This document shows positions 17,106-26,941 of a DNA stretch of 64,000 nt, one piece after another. Below the pieces are notes generated by a model. It was not told where the DNA came from. It saw only the letters and a program-made list of their open reading frames with translations, and made no database searches. The stretch comes from a virus. Each line of letters begins with the position of its first letter. Position 1 is the first letter of the stretch. A program made the position numbers and the translations under genes. The stretch spans positions 64,001-128,000 of IMG/VR virus record IMGVR_UViG_3300020048_000023; one strand, given 5' to 3'.

Positions 17106-17639
17106 ATGAGAATTGATATTAACACTATTCCTAAATGGGGTATTGCGAAAAAAGTCAAAGGCATAAAAGCGAAGCCGCTTATTAATCTACTTGTAGATAA
17201 AACCGTTACCAGCAAATTTCTTGTTGACACACTGGAAGGTAAGGAGCCCCTTGCCGATGGTGTGGTTATTTGCATTGGTGAAGCCAACGACGCTTGGCAA
17301 CAGATGCCCAGTAAGCTTATTGCTAAATATGATATCGTTGATATCGACAAAGACGGCTGGATGATATGTACCCCTAAACAGGACGCTAACAGCTCGGTTA
17401 ATTGCTTTGAAATAACTGATGAATTTACCGACTCATTATTAAACCCAAACATTCATCCCAATCGTCAACAGGACGGAAATTACTATATCATTGGTCAGTA
17501 TGGTGAACCGCACGACGACGGGTTAAGACAAAACTGCGTCGTTGGTGACTTTATTTGCCAGAACAGAATCGATACGTCCGATGTATGGATTGTTCGCAGA
17601 AAATTATTCATTAACACTTACGCTCTAATAGGAGAATAA
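17106..17639 (+). CDS. hypothetical protein (TLEG / GD-x-I / F-x2-TY motifs, PGDYG-like)
   Basis: Start moved to ATG 17106. Confidence 0.7.
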   Translation: MRIDINTIPKWGIAKKVKGIKAKPLINLLVDKTVTSKFLVDTLEGKEPLADGVVICIGEANDAWQQMPSKLIAKYDIVDIDKDGWMICTPKQDANSSVNCFEITDEFTDSLLNPNIHPNRQQDGNYYIIGQYGEPHDDGLRQNCVVGDFICQNRIDTSDVWIVRRKLFINTYALIGE

Positions 17640-17640
17640 T

Positions 17641-18516
17641 ATGGTAACCATAAACTTAGACCCAACATTCGACCCTTTCTGCTACGTATCTTCGGGCAAC
17701 TGCGGCACAAAAATTTTCAACTTTTCCAGTGGCTTTGAGCCGCACATCAAACTTCTTAATAAACTTGATAAAGCCGACGTATTGATCGTTAGCCGATTTA
17801 AAGACGGCAACGACCTTATGCTTATTCTTCTGGCTGCTGATGCCGCACGTCGCGCTGGGGCTTTCTCTGTGAGCTTATTTATACCGTTCCTACCGTTTGC
17901 ACGTCAGGACAGGGTAATGGTTGATGGCGAGCCAATGTCTATCGGTGTATTTGCTCAAATCATAAATCTACAGGGATTTAAAAAAGTTATACTGTTTGAC
18001 CCGCATTCCGACGTAGCACCAGCCCTTATTAATAATTCGCACGTTATCACAAATTACTCATTTGTTGGTGATCTTCTGGCAGGAAAAAGGGATTACCGCC
18101 TTGTGTCACCCGACGCTGGCGCATACAAAAAGATATTCCGCCTTGCTGCACACTTAGGAAAACGTATGGGCGGTCAGAACGAAATCGTAATCTGTGATAA
18201 AGTTCGTGATTTGGCAACAGGTAAAATCCTGAATACTACCGTGAACGTTGACGACCTTAAAGGTCAGGACGTATACATAGTTGATGATATTCTGGACGGC
18301 GGCAGAACCTTCATAGCTATGGCTGAGGAACTTGACACCCGCAACGCTGGCGATAAGTACTTGATCGTATCACACTACATTGGCTCAAACGGCGAAGATG
18401 AATTGAAGAAATACTTCAAGCATATTTACACCACCAACTCTGTAAAAGACGTTAAGTCTGACTTCGTTATACAGACCCAAATGGTCGACATATTAACCGA
18501 CTGCTCAATCTTTTAA
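17641..18516 (+). CDS. ribose-phosphate pyrophosphokinase-like protein (probable Adps of NARP1)
   Basis: PFARQDR, DPHSD, VSPDAGA, VDDILDGGRTF; directly upstream of Nampt-like gene. Confidence 0.88.
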   Translation: MVTINLDPTFDPFCYVSSGNCGTKIFNFSSGFEPHIKLLNKLDKADVLIVSRFKDGNDLMLILLAADAARRAGAFSVSLFIPFLPFARQDRVMVDGEPMSIGVFAQIINLQGFKKVILFDPHSDVAPALINNSHVITNYSFVGDLLAGKRDYRLVSPDAGAYKKIFRLAAHLGKRMGGQNEIVICDKVRDLATGKILNTTVNVDDLKGQDVYIVDDILDGGRTFIAMAEELDTRNAGDKYLIVSHYIGSNGEDELKKYFKHIYTTNSVKDVKSDFVIQTQMVDILTDCSIF

Positions 18517-18536
18517 TAAACTCAAAAACTTATATT

Positions 18537-20057
18537 ATGCACGCAATTGGTTTAATTTACAACGTAACCCACCCCAATTTCGACCCTTCGGTGTTTATGA
18601 GTACAACGGAAGAAAACCCGCTGTTAGCTCTGGACGTTTATAAAATGGGTCATATGGTGCAATACGCACCTGGAACCACCAAAGTCTATTCCTACCTTAC
18701 AACCCGTAGTGACAAGACGTTCGATAAAACCGTATTCTTCGGAACTGGTTATTATCTAAAACGCTACTTTTCCAAAAAGTTGGAGCCTTGGATGGCAGAG
18801 GAATTTATCTACCACGTACAGAACATTCTTGGTTCCTGTTCGACTGAGGTAGCGCTTAAAGCTCGCGCGTTATGCCAGCTTGGTTACATTCCGTTGGAAA
18901 TGAAAGCCGTTGAAGAAGGTACCGTAATGGGTATCCACAACGTATTAATGACAATCACCAACACACATCCCGATTTTGCTTGGGCTGTTGGTTTCTGGGA
19001 AAGCCTTTTTATCAAACTGTGGTATCCGATCACCGTTGCTTCCTGCTCGTACAAGTACAGGAAACTGGTTGACCGTTATTTCGACTTGACCGTTGACCCT
19101 GAAATGTACTTCCTGAAAGATTGGACTGTACACGATTTCGGCTACCGTGGCGACCAGTCGGAAGAAGGCGCTGCACTTAGCGGTGTATGCCACCTTATTT
19201 CATTCCTTGGTAGTGATACTGTGCCAGCGTTCAACTGCGCCCGTAAGTACTACAACGCCAATCCAAAACGCGACGCTATTATGGGTTCAGTACCAGCTTC
19301 GGAGCACAGTGTTATGTGTTCGTTCGGCAGGGACAACGAATTAGCCGCCTTTGAGAATATGCTTGAACTGTATCCTACTGGCATCGTCAGTATTGTATCA
19401 GATACGTTCAACGTATACACCGTTCTCACGGACTTCGCAGTACGTCTGAAATCACAGATACTTGCCCGATCGGGTAAAGTGGTATTCCGCCCTGACAGTG
19501 GTGATCCTGAGTATATTATATGCGGCGACCCTAACGCGCCAGAAGGAACACCAGAATGGAAGGGTGCTATACGCTTAGATCGGAAGCTGGATGAAGTTTT
19601 CGGTTCAACCGTAAACAGCAAAGGGTACAAAGTACTCAATCCGAAAGTAGGGTTGATCTACGGTGATGGTATGTACTACGAAAGGTACGAGCGCACCTTG
19701 AAACGCCTTATGGAAATGGGTTATGCCACAACCAACTTGGTAATCGGTGTAGGTGGTATTCTTCGCAACTGGACACGTGATACGCTCGGGTTTGCCGTAA
19801 AAGCTACCTACGTTGAAGTTGGCGGCTCTCCACGTGCTATCGAAAAAGACCCTATTACCGACCACAAAAAGAAATCGCACAAAGGTCTGCTATCCCTAAC
19901 TTGGGACGACGAGCATAAATACGTCACACACGACGAATGCACGCCCGAGGAAGAAGATAACACGATGTTGAAGGTTATCTACAGGGACGGCGTGGTTCTT
20001 AAAACATACGCTCTGGACGAAATTCGCAAACGTGCACGTTACGAAAAGGTATTTTAA
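18537..20057 (+). CDS. nadV: nicotinamide phosphoribosyltransferase-like protein (probable Namat of NARP1)
   Basis: DVYKMGH, HDFGYRG, SVPASEHSVM, SIVSDT, RPDSGDP, IYGDG, RDTLGFAVKAT, KKSHKG. Confidence 0.92.
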   Translation: MHAIGLIYNVTHPNFDPSVFMSTTEENPLLALDVYKMGHMVQYAPGTTKVYSYLTTRSDKTFDKTVFFGTGYYLKRYFSKKLEPWMAEEFIYHVQNILGSCSTEVALKARALCQLGYIPLEMKAVEEGTVMGIHNVLMTITNTHPDFAWAVGFWESLFIKLWYPITVASCSYKYRKLVDRYFDLTVDPEMYFLKDWTVHDFGYRGDQSEEGAALSGVCHLISFLGSDTVPAFNCARKYYNANPKRDAIMGSVPASEHSVMCSFGRDNELAAFENMLELYPTGIVSIVSDTFNVYTVLTDFAVRLKSQILARSGKVVFRPDSGDPEYIICGDPNAPEGTPEWKGAIRLDRKLDEVFGSTVNSKGYKVLNPKVGLIYGDGMYYERYERTLKRLMEMGYATTNLVIGVGGILRNWTRDTLGFAVKATYVEVGGSPRAIEKDPITDHKKKSHKGLLSLTWDDEHKYVTHDECTPEEEDNTMLKVIYRDGVVLKTYALDEIRKRARYEKVF

Positions 20058-20058
20058 T

Positions 20059-21423
20059 ATGAATTTACGTGTATTAATATATATGAACCCCTTGGTGGTC
20101 GATAAGATCGCCAAGAGGTTTATTTATGATAAGGATAGCGGGTTTATCTTTACCCGAAACACCATAGCCAGCCTACCAGCTGATTGGTCGTACACCATAT
20201 TGGTGCCACCAGACGTACCGCGTGATTTCTTTCCCGCTGACAGGGAAGTTAGGCTGTTGCCGTATAACTATTCCACGTCAATACACCAGAACCGCTACCA
20301 CTTTAACCGCGAAATGCTGGCTAAGTATAGCCCTTATGGGATTGACTACGATGTAATCATTTGCAACCAGCCCGAAATAGCCGCAAATTTGCGGGTATTC
20401 TATTTCAATCAGCGCAGGGAAAAACCAATCATTCTTAATTTTTTCCATTGGATTGACTGTGAAGAGTCCAGAAAGTACGGCGCTGATTTAGGTGGGTACA
20501 TCTGGCGACAGATCGATGGAGCTATAAACTCTGATATGAATTACTTTCATACGCCGTATGCTAAGTCATTATTTGATAAAGAACTGGCTCGTTTAGGCGT
20601 AAGCGTCAAATACGACGCTGATTACTTCTACTCAAAGCCTACCATATTCGGCGATGAACCTATGGAGCTTCCGAACAAAAAGATAATTCTGTTCAACCAT
20701 AGAAACAACGAAACAACGGGCTGGAAGGAAGTACTGCAAGCTGGCGCCGAGCTTAGAAATCTTCGTGACGATTTCGTTATATGGTTTACCGATGATCAGA
20801 AAATTGAGTTAAACAATACACTCAATTCCCTTGACTATGTAAAGGTCGAAAAGATTCCATTTAAAAACTATGGATATGTAATGCGTAATGCGTACTTTTC
20901 TGTTTGTAATTTGAGCGGATATGCCACTTGGAACCTATCGGTACTTGATAGCGCTGTTAATGGTTGTCCCGTTCTCATAAGGAATACCGAGCTATTGCAA
21001 AGCCTATTTGAGAATGGTACGTATTCGTTCGAAAACTCTAAGGACTTGGCTGACAAAATGGATTGGATGCTTAGAAATGCTGTTATTACACTTACACGAA
21101 CGCCAAAAGTGACGTCAACTGTGTCTATCGAAGATACCATTATGAGGCTTGTCAGCGAACGTCTGGATGGTAAGATACCAAGCAAATACTATGATGTAAA
21201 AAAGTTCATACAAAACCGTGATTCATTTCCAGATAAGACAACTAAATTTGGTACTGAGTTAACTATGAAGGATAGTAATGTCGTGTATAAAAAGGACTGG
21301 GTTAACTATTTCTGGTCGTTCCATGCCAATGCAAATTTCTCGAAAATACGGCTACGTCTATTAACCGATGGTATAAAAGATGATATTACAAGTGTTGATA
21401 CAAAGTACATTTATGAAAGATAA
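20059..21423 (+). CDS. GT-B-like glycosyltransferase
   Basis: YDVIICNQPE, ILFNHR...G, TWNLSVLDS...GCPVL; start moved to ATG 20059. Confidence 0.6.
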   Translation: MNLRVLIYMNPLVVDKIAKRFIYDKDSGFIFTRNTIASLPADWSYTILVPPDVPRDFFPADREVRLLPYNYSTSIHQNRYHFNREMLAKYSPYGIDYDVIICNQPEIAANLRVFYFNQRREKPIILNFFHWIDCEESRKYGADLGGYIWRQIDGAINSDMNYFHTPYAKSLFDKELARLGVSVKYDADYFYSKPTIFGDEPMELPNKKIILFNHRNNETTGWKEVLQAGAELRNLRDDFVIWFTDDQKIELNNTLNSLDYVKVEKIPFKNYGYVMRNAYFSVCNLSGYATWNLSVLDSAVNGCPVLIRNTELLQSLFENGTYSFENSKDLADKMDWMLRNAVITLTRTPKVTSTVSIEDTIMRLVSERLDGKIPSKYYDVKKFIQNRDSFPDKTTKFGTELTMKDSNVVYKKDWVNYFWSFHANANFSKIRLRLLTDGIKDDITSVDTKYIYER

Positions 21424-21541
21424 AAAAACGATTATATACGGGCTCATGCTTTTAATTGTACTCTGTTTCTTTATGTGGCTTTCTAACAGGGACTATAAAC
21501 TTGTATATAAAGGCAATGGGGTTTACGAAAGAATTAAATAA
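21413..21541 (+). CDS. small membrane protein (42 aa, not in track)
   Basis: MKDKKTIIYGLMLLIVLCFFMWLS... Confidence 0.6.
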   Translation: MKDKKTIIYGLMLLIVLCFFMWLSNRDYKLVYKGNGVYERIK

Positions 21542-21553
21542 TTTTAACAAAAA

Positions 21554-21585
21554 TTTGGTAGTATCAAAAATTAGTTGTACATTTG
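21554..21585 (+). promoter_or_regulatory. Bacteroidota promoter
   Basis: TTTG-N20-TACATTTG. Confidence 0.85.
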
Positions 21586-21614
21586 CTGAGAAAATTAATA
21601 ACACATAAAATATT

Positions 21615-22361
21615 ATGGCAACATCAAACGAAAAATCGGTGAGGGGTTTCTTTAAAAATAACCCATTTTTCTCTGTCGAGGAAAAGCCCGAAACTACAAC
21701 GGCACCATCGGAGCCTGTTCAACCGTTACAGCCTTTCCAAACAAGCACTATGACAGTGCCTAATAATACAACCTTTCCTATGCCACCGCCAGTACAAGTT
21801 CCTGATCTGGGCACCGATTTTGAGAAAGAGTATCTTGACCATTTTATGAAATTTTTAGAAAGTAAAAATTTTGTTGGTCTTGACTACTTCGAGTTTGCCA
21901 ATACATTACATAAAATGTACGAAAAATCTGGTTCACAATTAACAGAATCAGGTCTTTATGAACTTGCATTTGTTTCATTTGAAGCACAGGGTGTAACGTC
22001 AAGCGCACTTATTAAAACAGCGCAACAGTACGTTGATTTAATTACCGTTCATAAACAGGAATTTGATAAATTCTTATCAAATGAGGGTTCCAAGTTACTA
22101 CAGGAAAAACAAGAAGAAAATACACGCCTTGAAAAGGGTAATTCAGAGGCAACGCTTAAAATAGCACAGCTTCAACAACAAATAGTTGATATACAAGCAA
22201 GTGTTGGTACCAATACTGTGACTATTAACACGAATTTGCAAATAATTCAAGGTGAGTCGCAAAAAAACCTGAATAAAAAATCAAAATTTGATAACGCTTT
22301 TCAGGTTGTGATTGGTAAAATCAATGGCGATATCCAAAAAATTCAATCTTACATAAAATAA
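21615..22361 (+). CDS. coiled-coil protein, first gene of ABC/OmpA operon
   Basis: Pro-rich linker, GLDYFEF motif, long C-terminal heptads. Confidence 0.8.
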   Translation: MATSNEKSVRGFFKNNPFFSVEEKPETTTAPSEPVQPLQPFQTSTMTVPNNTTFPMPPPVQVPDLGTDFEKEYLDHFMKFLESKNFVGLDYFEFANTLHKMYEKSGSQLTESGLYELAFVSFEAQGVTSSALIKTAQQYVDLITVHKQEFDKFLSNEGSKLLQEKQEENTRLEKGNSEATLKIAQLQQQIVDIQASVGTNTVTINTNLQIIQGESQKNLNKKSKFDNAFQVVIGKINGDIQKIQSYIK

Positions 22362-22392
22362 TTACTAATCATTAACTTAACAATAAACAAAA

Positions 22393-23472
22393 ATGGACAA
22401 CTTAATTCCTACAACACAATCAAAAGGCAAGCTGCAAGGCGGTGAGAAATACTTCGGTTATTTCGTGGGCGCTGCGGCAATCGGTGCATTACTTTATGCA
22501 ATGTATTTTTTATTCCCAGTTATAACCGCGGCTATCACTAATACCACCGATATGATTTGGGCTGCGGTTAAGCTCGCGGCAACAGTGGTTATCACTATTG
22601 GCACGGTTGTACTTATTTGGAAAAATAGAAATATGGTATCATACTGGTATAATATTTTTATTAAATTGGCGTGGAAAGCTATGATAGACGCTAATCCGAT
22701 CGCAGGTATGAGATATGCCTACGATAAGTGGTTGGAACAAAAAGAAGAACTTAACGTAACCATTACAACGTTGGAGTCTAAAAAAGCTCTACTTAAACAA
22801 AAAATGGAGAAACGCCGCAACGAAGCGAATAGTTATTTTGAAGCTGGTCTAAAAGCCAAGGAATTAGCCGAAAGTTCAGAAGGTGTAGATGCCGAAGACC
22901 TGAATGAAAAAGCAAATTCGAATGCTATTATGGCTCAACGCCGCAAAGAATCCCTTGACATATTCCTGCCACGTATACAAATGATCGAATCAGCCTTGGA
23001 TTTTTCCAAAAAACTTCATAAATCGTGGACAAATGGATTGGCTTTACTGAAGGACGATATCGATATCAAAGAAGACGATCTCAGTGTATTGAAAAGTATC
23101 GCTGGGGCGTTTGAAACAGCCAGATCAATTGTTAGTGGTAACACGAACGAGAGGGCTATATACGAAGAAGCTATTGTCGCATACGGAAAACAGGTTAGCG
23201 ATTACGTTGGTAAATGCAAAAGGTTTACCGAAATGGCAAAGGATTACGCAGTAAATATTGACGTTCAAAATGCTATGGACGCAGATAAGGGTCAGAAATA
23301 CTTGGAAGTATACGACGCTAAATCATTCTCCGAGCTAACAAACTTTAACAAGGTTCTGGACGCTTCACCAAGTCGTAAAAAACTAACAATGGCGCAGTCT
23401 ACAAATAAGCTGTCAAACGCGTTGGACACCCCTGCAACTCAGTCTTATACTGATTTTACCGCATTACCGTAA
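22393..23472 (+). CDS. membrane-anchored long coiled-coil protein (PspA/IM30-like by inference)
   Basis: Two N-terminal TM segments, then about 250 aa of helical hairpin. Confidence 0.65.
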   Translation: MDNLIPTTQSKGKLQGGEKYFGYFVGAAAIGALLYAMYFLFPVITAAITNTTDMIWAAVKLAATVVITIGTVVLIWKNRNMVSYWYNIFIKLAWKAMIDANPIAGMRYAYDKWLEQKEELNVTITTLESKKALLKQKMEKRRNEANSYFEAGLKAKELAESSEGVDAEDLNEKANSNAIMAQRRKESLDIFLPRIQMIESALDFSKKLHKSWTNGLALLKDDIDIKEDDLSVLKSIAGAFETARSIVSGNTNERAIYEEAIVAYGKQVSDYVGKCKRFTEMAKDYAVNIDVQNAMDADKGQKYLEVYDAKSFSELTNFNKVLDASPSRKKLTMAQSTNKLSNALDTPATQSYTDFTALP

Positions 23473-23478
23473 AATAAT

Positions 23479-23510
23479 TTTGGTAGATTCAAAAACTTGT
23501 TGTATATTTG
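23479..23510 (+). promoter_or_regulatory. Bacteroidota promoter
   Basis: TTTG-N20-TATATTTG. Confidence 0.85.
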
Positions 23511-23561
23511 CATCACTTTAAAAAAACACATTACTAACATTAACCTTAACACACAAACATT

Positions 23562-25124
23562 ATGACAATCAAAGGAATTACAATCAAATGGCCAGTCTGG
23601 ATACTTTTACTTATCCTTGTAGGCATCGGAACTTACTTAGTAGCACCTAAGGTGCTCGGTAAAATGGGGTTCAGCAATGAAGTCCGCAAAGTAGCGATCA
23701 ACCCTTGGAGCCCCTATGGAGCTGAATTACGTCTTAACAACGGTATGGCTTACGACCCTGAAAGCAGAAACGCTAAAGAATTCGGGTTAAAAGTGGAATT
23801 TAAACGATTTGACGATCGTGCTCCTGCAATTTCTGCACTTATATCGAAAGATATTGACGCCGCTTGGGTTACAGTGGATATTATGTCAACAGAAGTATTC
23901 GAAGGTAGCGATCTTGCCAGTTTAGGGATTAGTTTAATCGGGTTTACCGATATATCAAGAGGCGCCGACGTTGTTGTAGTAGACAGGACTATTAAAAATG
24001 TACAGGATTTTAGGGGTAAAAAGGTAGCATATACCGACGCTTCCGCTTCGCTAACATTATTACTTAATCTTTTGGAATCAGCTAAAATGACTCTTGACGA
24101 TATTGTACCAGTTCGAGTCGCCAGTGGTATCAAAGCCGCCGAAATGTTTCAGAACCGCGAAGTACCTATAGCCGTTGTTTGGTCACCTGACGACGGTGAT
24201 TGTATAGCAAAAATAGAGGGCTCTTATAAATTTTTCGGTACAGATAAAGCACGAAATATTATTATGGACGGTCTAATTGTTCGTAAAGCTGATTTGGAAG
24301 ATAAAGCTTTCAGAACGTGGGCAACTAAACTTATGACTTCTTGGCTTGTTGGTAATGCCGAATGTAATCAGAGCGAAACAGCTAAAAAAGAAGCCGCCGT
24401 CATTTTCGATAAGTGCTTCACTGGTTATGGCGTTGAGATCGCAATGGCTGGTTTAAATGGAGTTAGGCTTACCACATATGAAGATAATAAAAACCTATTT
24501 GGGTTAAATGTATCGTTCACTGGTGTTACTGGCGAAAAGCTATACAGCCGAATGGCTAACATTTATTCTAAAGTACCAGACGGTAAAGGCTCCGTTCTTG
24601 CTAAGAATCCGCTTTCTTGGAAGGAGATTTCAAACGAAAGTATCATAAAGGAAATTACCACATTAACAGGTGTAGAGCATTCAGCAGAACCTGATGTTGT
24701 TAAGTTTGACCCAATATCTCAATCGCAGGAAAAGGTGGTTTCAGAAGCCACACCCGTTACAGCCATTAAAGTTATAATTAATTTTGCCGTTGGCTCAGCT
24801 GAGTTGGATGATTATGCTAAGACCATTCTTGACCGTGATGTTATGCCGTATGCCGAAGGGTTTAGCGGGTATCGTATTAGGGTAGAAGGTAATAGTGACG
24901 CCAGTGGAAACCAAACTGAAAAGGGCGCCGCATACAATAAAAGGTTATCTTTACAAAGGGCTCAGTCTGTTGTTAATTATATGATAAAGACAGGCAATTT
25001 TGACCCTAATCGTTTTACGAAGCCTATTGGTTGGGGGTTTGATAAACCGATATACCCAATAGAAAACGGTGAAAGCGAAAGTTCCGCTAACCGTAGAACG
25101 GAGATAAGTTTTATCAACGAGTAA
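23562..25124 (+). CDS. ABC substrate-binding protein (NMT1/THI5/SsuA-like) fused to C-terminal OmpA peptidoglycan-binding domain
   Basis: N-terminal TM; W-x-PY, DISRGAD, FRGKKVA, VWSP; OmpA: INFAVGSAEL, IRVEGNSD, NKRLSLQRAQSV, NRRTEI. Confidence 0.88.
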   Translation: MTIKGITIKWPVWILLLILVGIGTYLVAPKVLGKMGFSNEVRKVAINPWSPYGAELRLNNGMAYDPESRNAKEFGLKVEFKRFDDRAPAISALISKDIDAAWVTVDIMSTEVFEGSDLASLGISLIGFTDISRGADVVVVDRTIKNVQDFRGKKVAYTDASASLTLLLNLLESAKMTLDDIVPVRVASGIKAAEMFQNREVPIAVVWSPDDGDCIAKIEGSYKFFGTDKARNIIMDGLIVRKADLEDKAFRTWATKLMTSWLVGNAECNQSETAKKEAAVIFDKCFTGYGVEIAMAGLNGVRLTTYEDNKNLFGLNVSFTGVTGEKLYSRMANIYSKVPDGKGSVLAKNPLSWKEISNESIIKEITTLTGVEHSAEPDVVKFDPISQSQEKVVSEATPVTAIKVIINFAVGSAELDDYAKTILDRDVMPYAEGFSGYRIRVEGNSDASGNQTEKGAAYNKRLSLQRAQSVVNYMIKTGNFDPNRFTKPIGWGFDKPIYPIENGESESSANRRTEISFINE

Positions 25125-25145
25125 TTAATATTGTAGGAAAATAAG

Positions 25146-25171
25146 AAAACGCTCGAAAGAGCGTTTTTTTT
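25146..25171 (+). terminator. intrinsic terminator inside the ABC operon
   Basis: AAAACGCTC-GAAA-GAGCGTTTT + T-tract. Confidence 0.8.
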
Positions 25172-25196
25172 ACTAACCATAAAACAAACAAATAAA

Positions 25197-26042
25197 ATGA
25201 TACAAACCAAAGGATTGTTTAAGTTCGAAGGTGACGTAAACGATAAAACAAAATGGCTTCTTGGTATTCTGGGGTGGGTAGGGTTGTTTCTATCGTGGTT
25301 ATTCATATCTTCGTCTGGCTTAATAAGTGACCGTATATTACCTTCACCATTAAAAGTAATAGCTTCCTACTGGGAGTTACTATTAGGTTCTGGGTACGAG
25401 TATAATGGCGTAAAAGACCTATTAATTCAGCTAACGGACAAAACCCATTTATTATTCCATATAGGTTTCTCAACTATGGTAAACGTGCTTGGATATTTAG
25501 AAGCCGCTGTAATAGCTATACCTTTAGGATTTTTAATTGCGTTATACCCCGCTCCGCGATACCTTTTCGAAAAAATACTTAACGCTATACGTTATTTACC
25601 TATCCCAGCGGCTATAGGCGTATTTATAGCAGCCTTTGGTATAGGTATAAGTGTAAAGGTTAACTTTTTAGCTGTTGGTATTTTGGTTTATCTTTTACCT
25701 GTCGTTGTTCAACGAGTGGTAGAAACTGAGAAAGTTCATAAGCAAACAATGAGTACACTTGGAGCGACGGCGTGGCAAAAAATGATTCACCTGTATATAC
25801 CCTCAGTTATGTCAAGAGTTTTTGTTGACATTATAGTTCTTGTGGCTATAGGGTGGACGTATATTTCAGTAATTGAAGTTGTCAATAACCAAGGTGGATT
25901 AGGCGGTATAGTTGCGGCAGCGGGGAGAGGAAGAAGTGATATCATATATGCCATACTTATGCTTATTATAGCTCTTGGCACATTACAAGATCGTTTACTT
26001 AAAAGGTGGGATAGAAGATTATTCAAATACAAATACGAATAA
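25197..26042 (+). CDS. ABC transporter permease (NitT/TauT family)
   Basis: LPSP, multiple TM segments, EAA-like TLGATAWQ...IPS, GGLG. Confidence 0.9.
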   Translation: MIQTKGLFKFEGDVNDKTKWLLGILGWVGLFLSWLFISSSGLISDRILPSPLKVIASYWELLLGSGYEYNGVKDLLIQLTDKTHLLFHIGFSTMVNVLGYLEAAVIAIPLGFLIALYPAPRYLFEKILNAIRYLPIPAAIGVFIAAFGIGISVKVNFLAVGILVYLLPVVVQRVVETEKVHKQTMSTLGATAWQKMIHLYIPSVMSRVFVDIIVLVAIGWTYISVIEVVNNQGGLGGIVAAAGRGRSDIIYAILMLIIALGTLQDRLLKRWDRRLFKYKYE

Positions 26043-26045
26043 AAT

Positions 26046-26933
26046 ATGGAAAATTTCTTTTCAAGAACAAAGCCAGAGGTTAAATCGGTTACGCCTGTAA
26101 TAACAGAGGTTAAACCTACTCCAAAGAATAATTCAAATAGAATTGAGAATACCAACGTATTCGATCTGATTGATATTGTTCAGAAATACGACGATGGAAA
26201 AATAACCATATTCGATAAGCTTAATTTTAGTGTACCCGACATAATAGGGAAGGGCCAGTTTATAGCATTACTTGGACAGTCTGGTTGTGGTAAATCAACT
26301 ATATTGAGCTACATATCAAATATTATGTCGCCGACTTCTGGTCAATTACTATTACGCGGTAAACCGCACGACCCAAACAGTCATATACCTATGGTTTTCC
26401 AGCAATATTCATCACTGCCTTGGAAAACTGTACTACAAAATGTCGCTTTGCCGCTTATACTTGCTGGTATGTTAGAAAAAGACGCTAACGTAAAAGCTAT
26501 GGAAATGATTGAGTTAGTCGGTTTAAGCGGTCACGAAGGTAAATGGGCTAAATACCCAACATTATCTGGCGGTCAGTTACAGCGCGTAGCCATAGCACGT
26601 AATCTTGTTGCAAATCCAACTATTCTTTTAATGGACGAGCCGTTCGGGGCACTTGATGGACGTACACGGAATGAAATGCAGTTATTGCTAAGGCGTATTT
26701 TTGAAGAAAATAACGGATTAGACCCAACTGTAATACTTGTCACGCACGATACACGCGAGGCTGTGTTCCTTGCTACCGATATATTCATACTTGGCGGTAA
26801 GCCGTCTGCTGTTACGCATCATCTGGAAATTGATTTACCAGACATTCGTAATAATGATACTAAAAAAGACCCGAGATATGTATCATACATAGAGCAGGTT
26901 GACGAAATAACTACTAATTTAAAAACAAAATAA
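26046..26933 (+). CDS. ABC transporter ATP-binding protein (NitT/TauT family)
   Basis: Walker A GQSGCGKS, Q-loop VFQ, LSGGQ, ILLMDEPFGALD, VTHD. Confidence 0.95.
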   Translation: MENFFSRTKPEVKSVTPVITEVKPTPKNNSNRIENTNVFDLIDIVQKYDDGKITIFDKLNFSVPDIIGKGQFIALLGQSGCGKSTILSYISNIMSPTSGQLLLRGKPHDPNSHIPMVFQQYSSLPWKTVLQNVALPLILAGMLEKDANVKAMEMIELVGLSGHEGKWAKYPTLSGGQLQRVAIARNLVANPTILLMDEPFGALDGRTRNEMQLLLRRIFEENNGLDPTVILVTHDTREAVFLATDIFILGGKPSAVTHHLEIDLPDIRNNDTKKDPRYVSYIEQVDEITTNLKTK

Positions 26934-26941
26934 TACATAAT

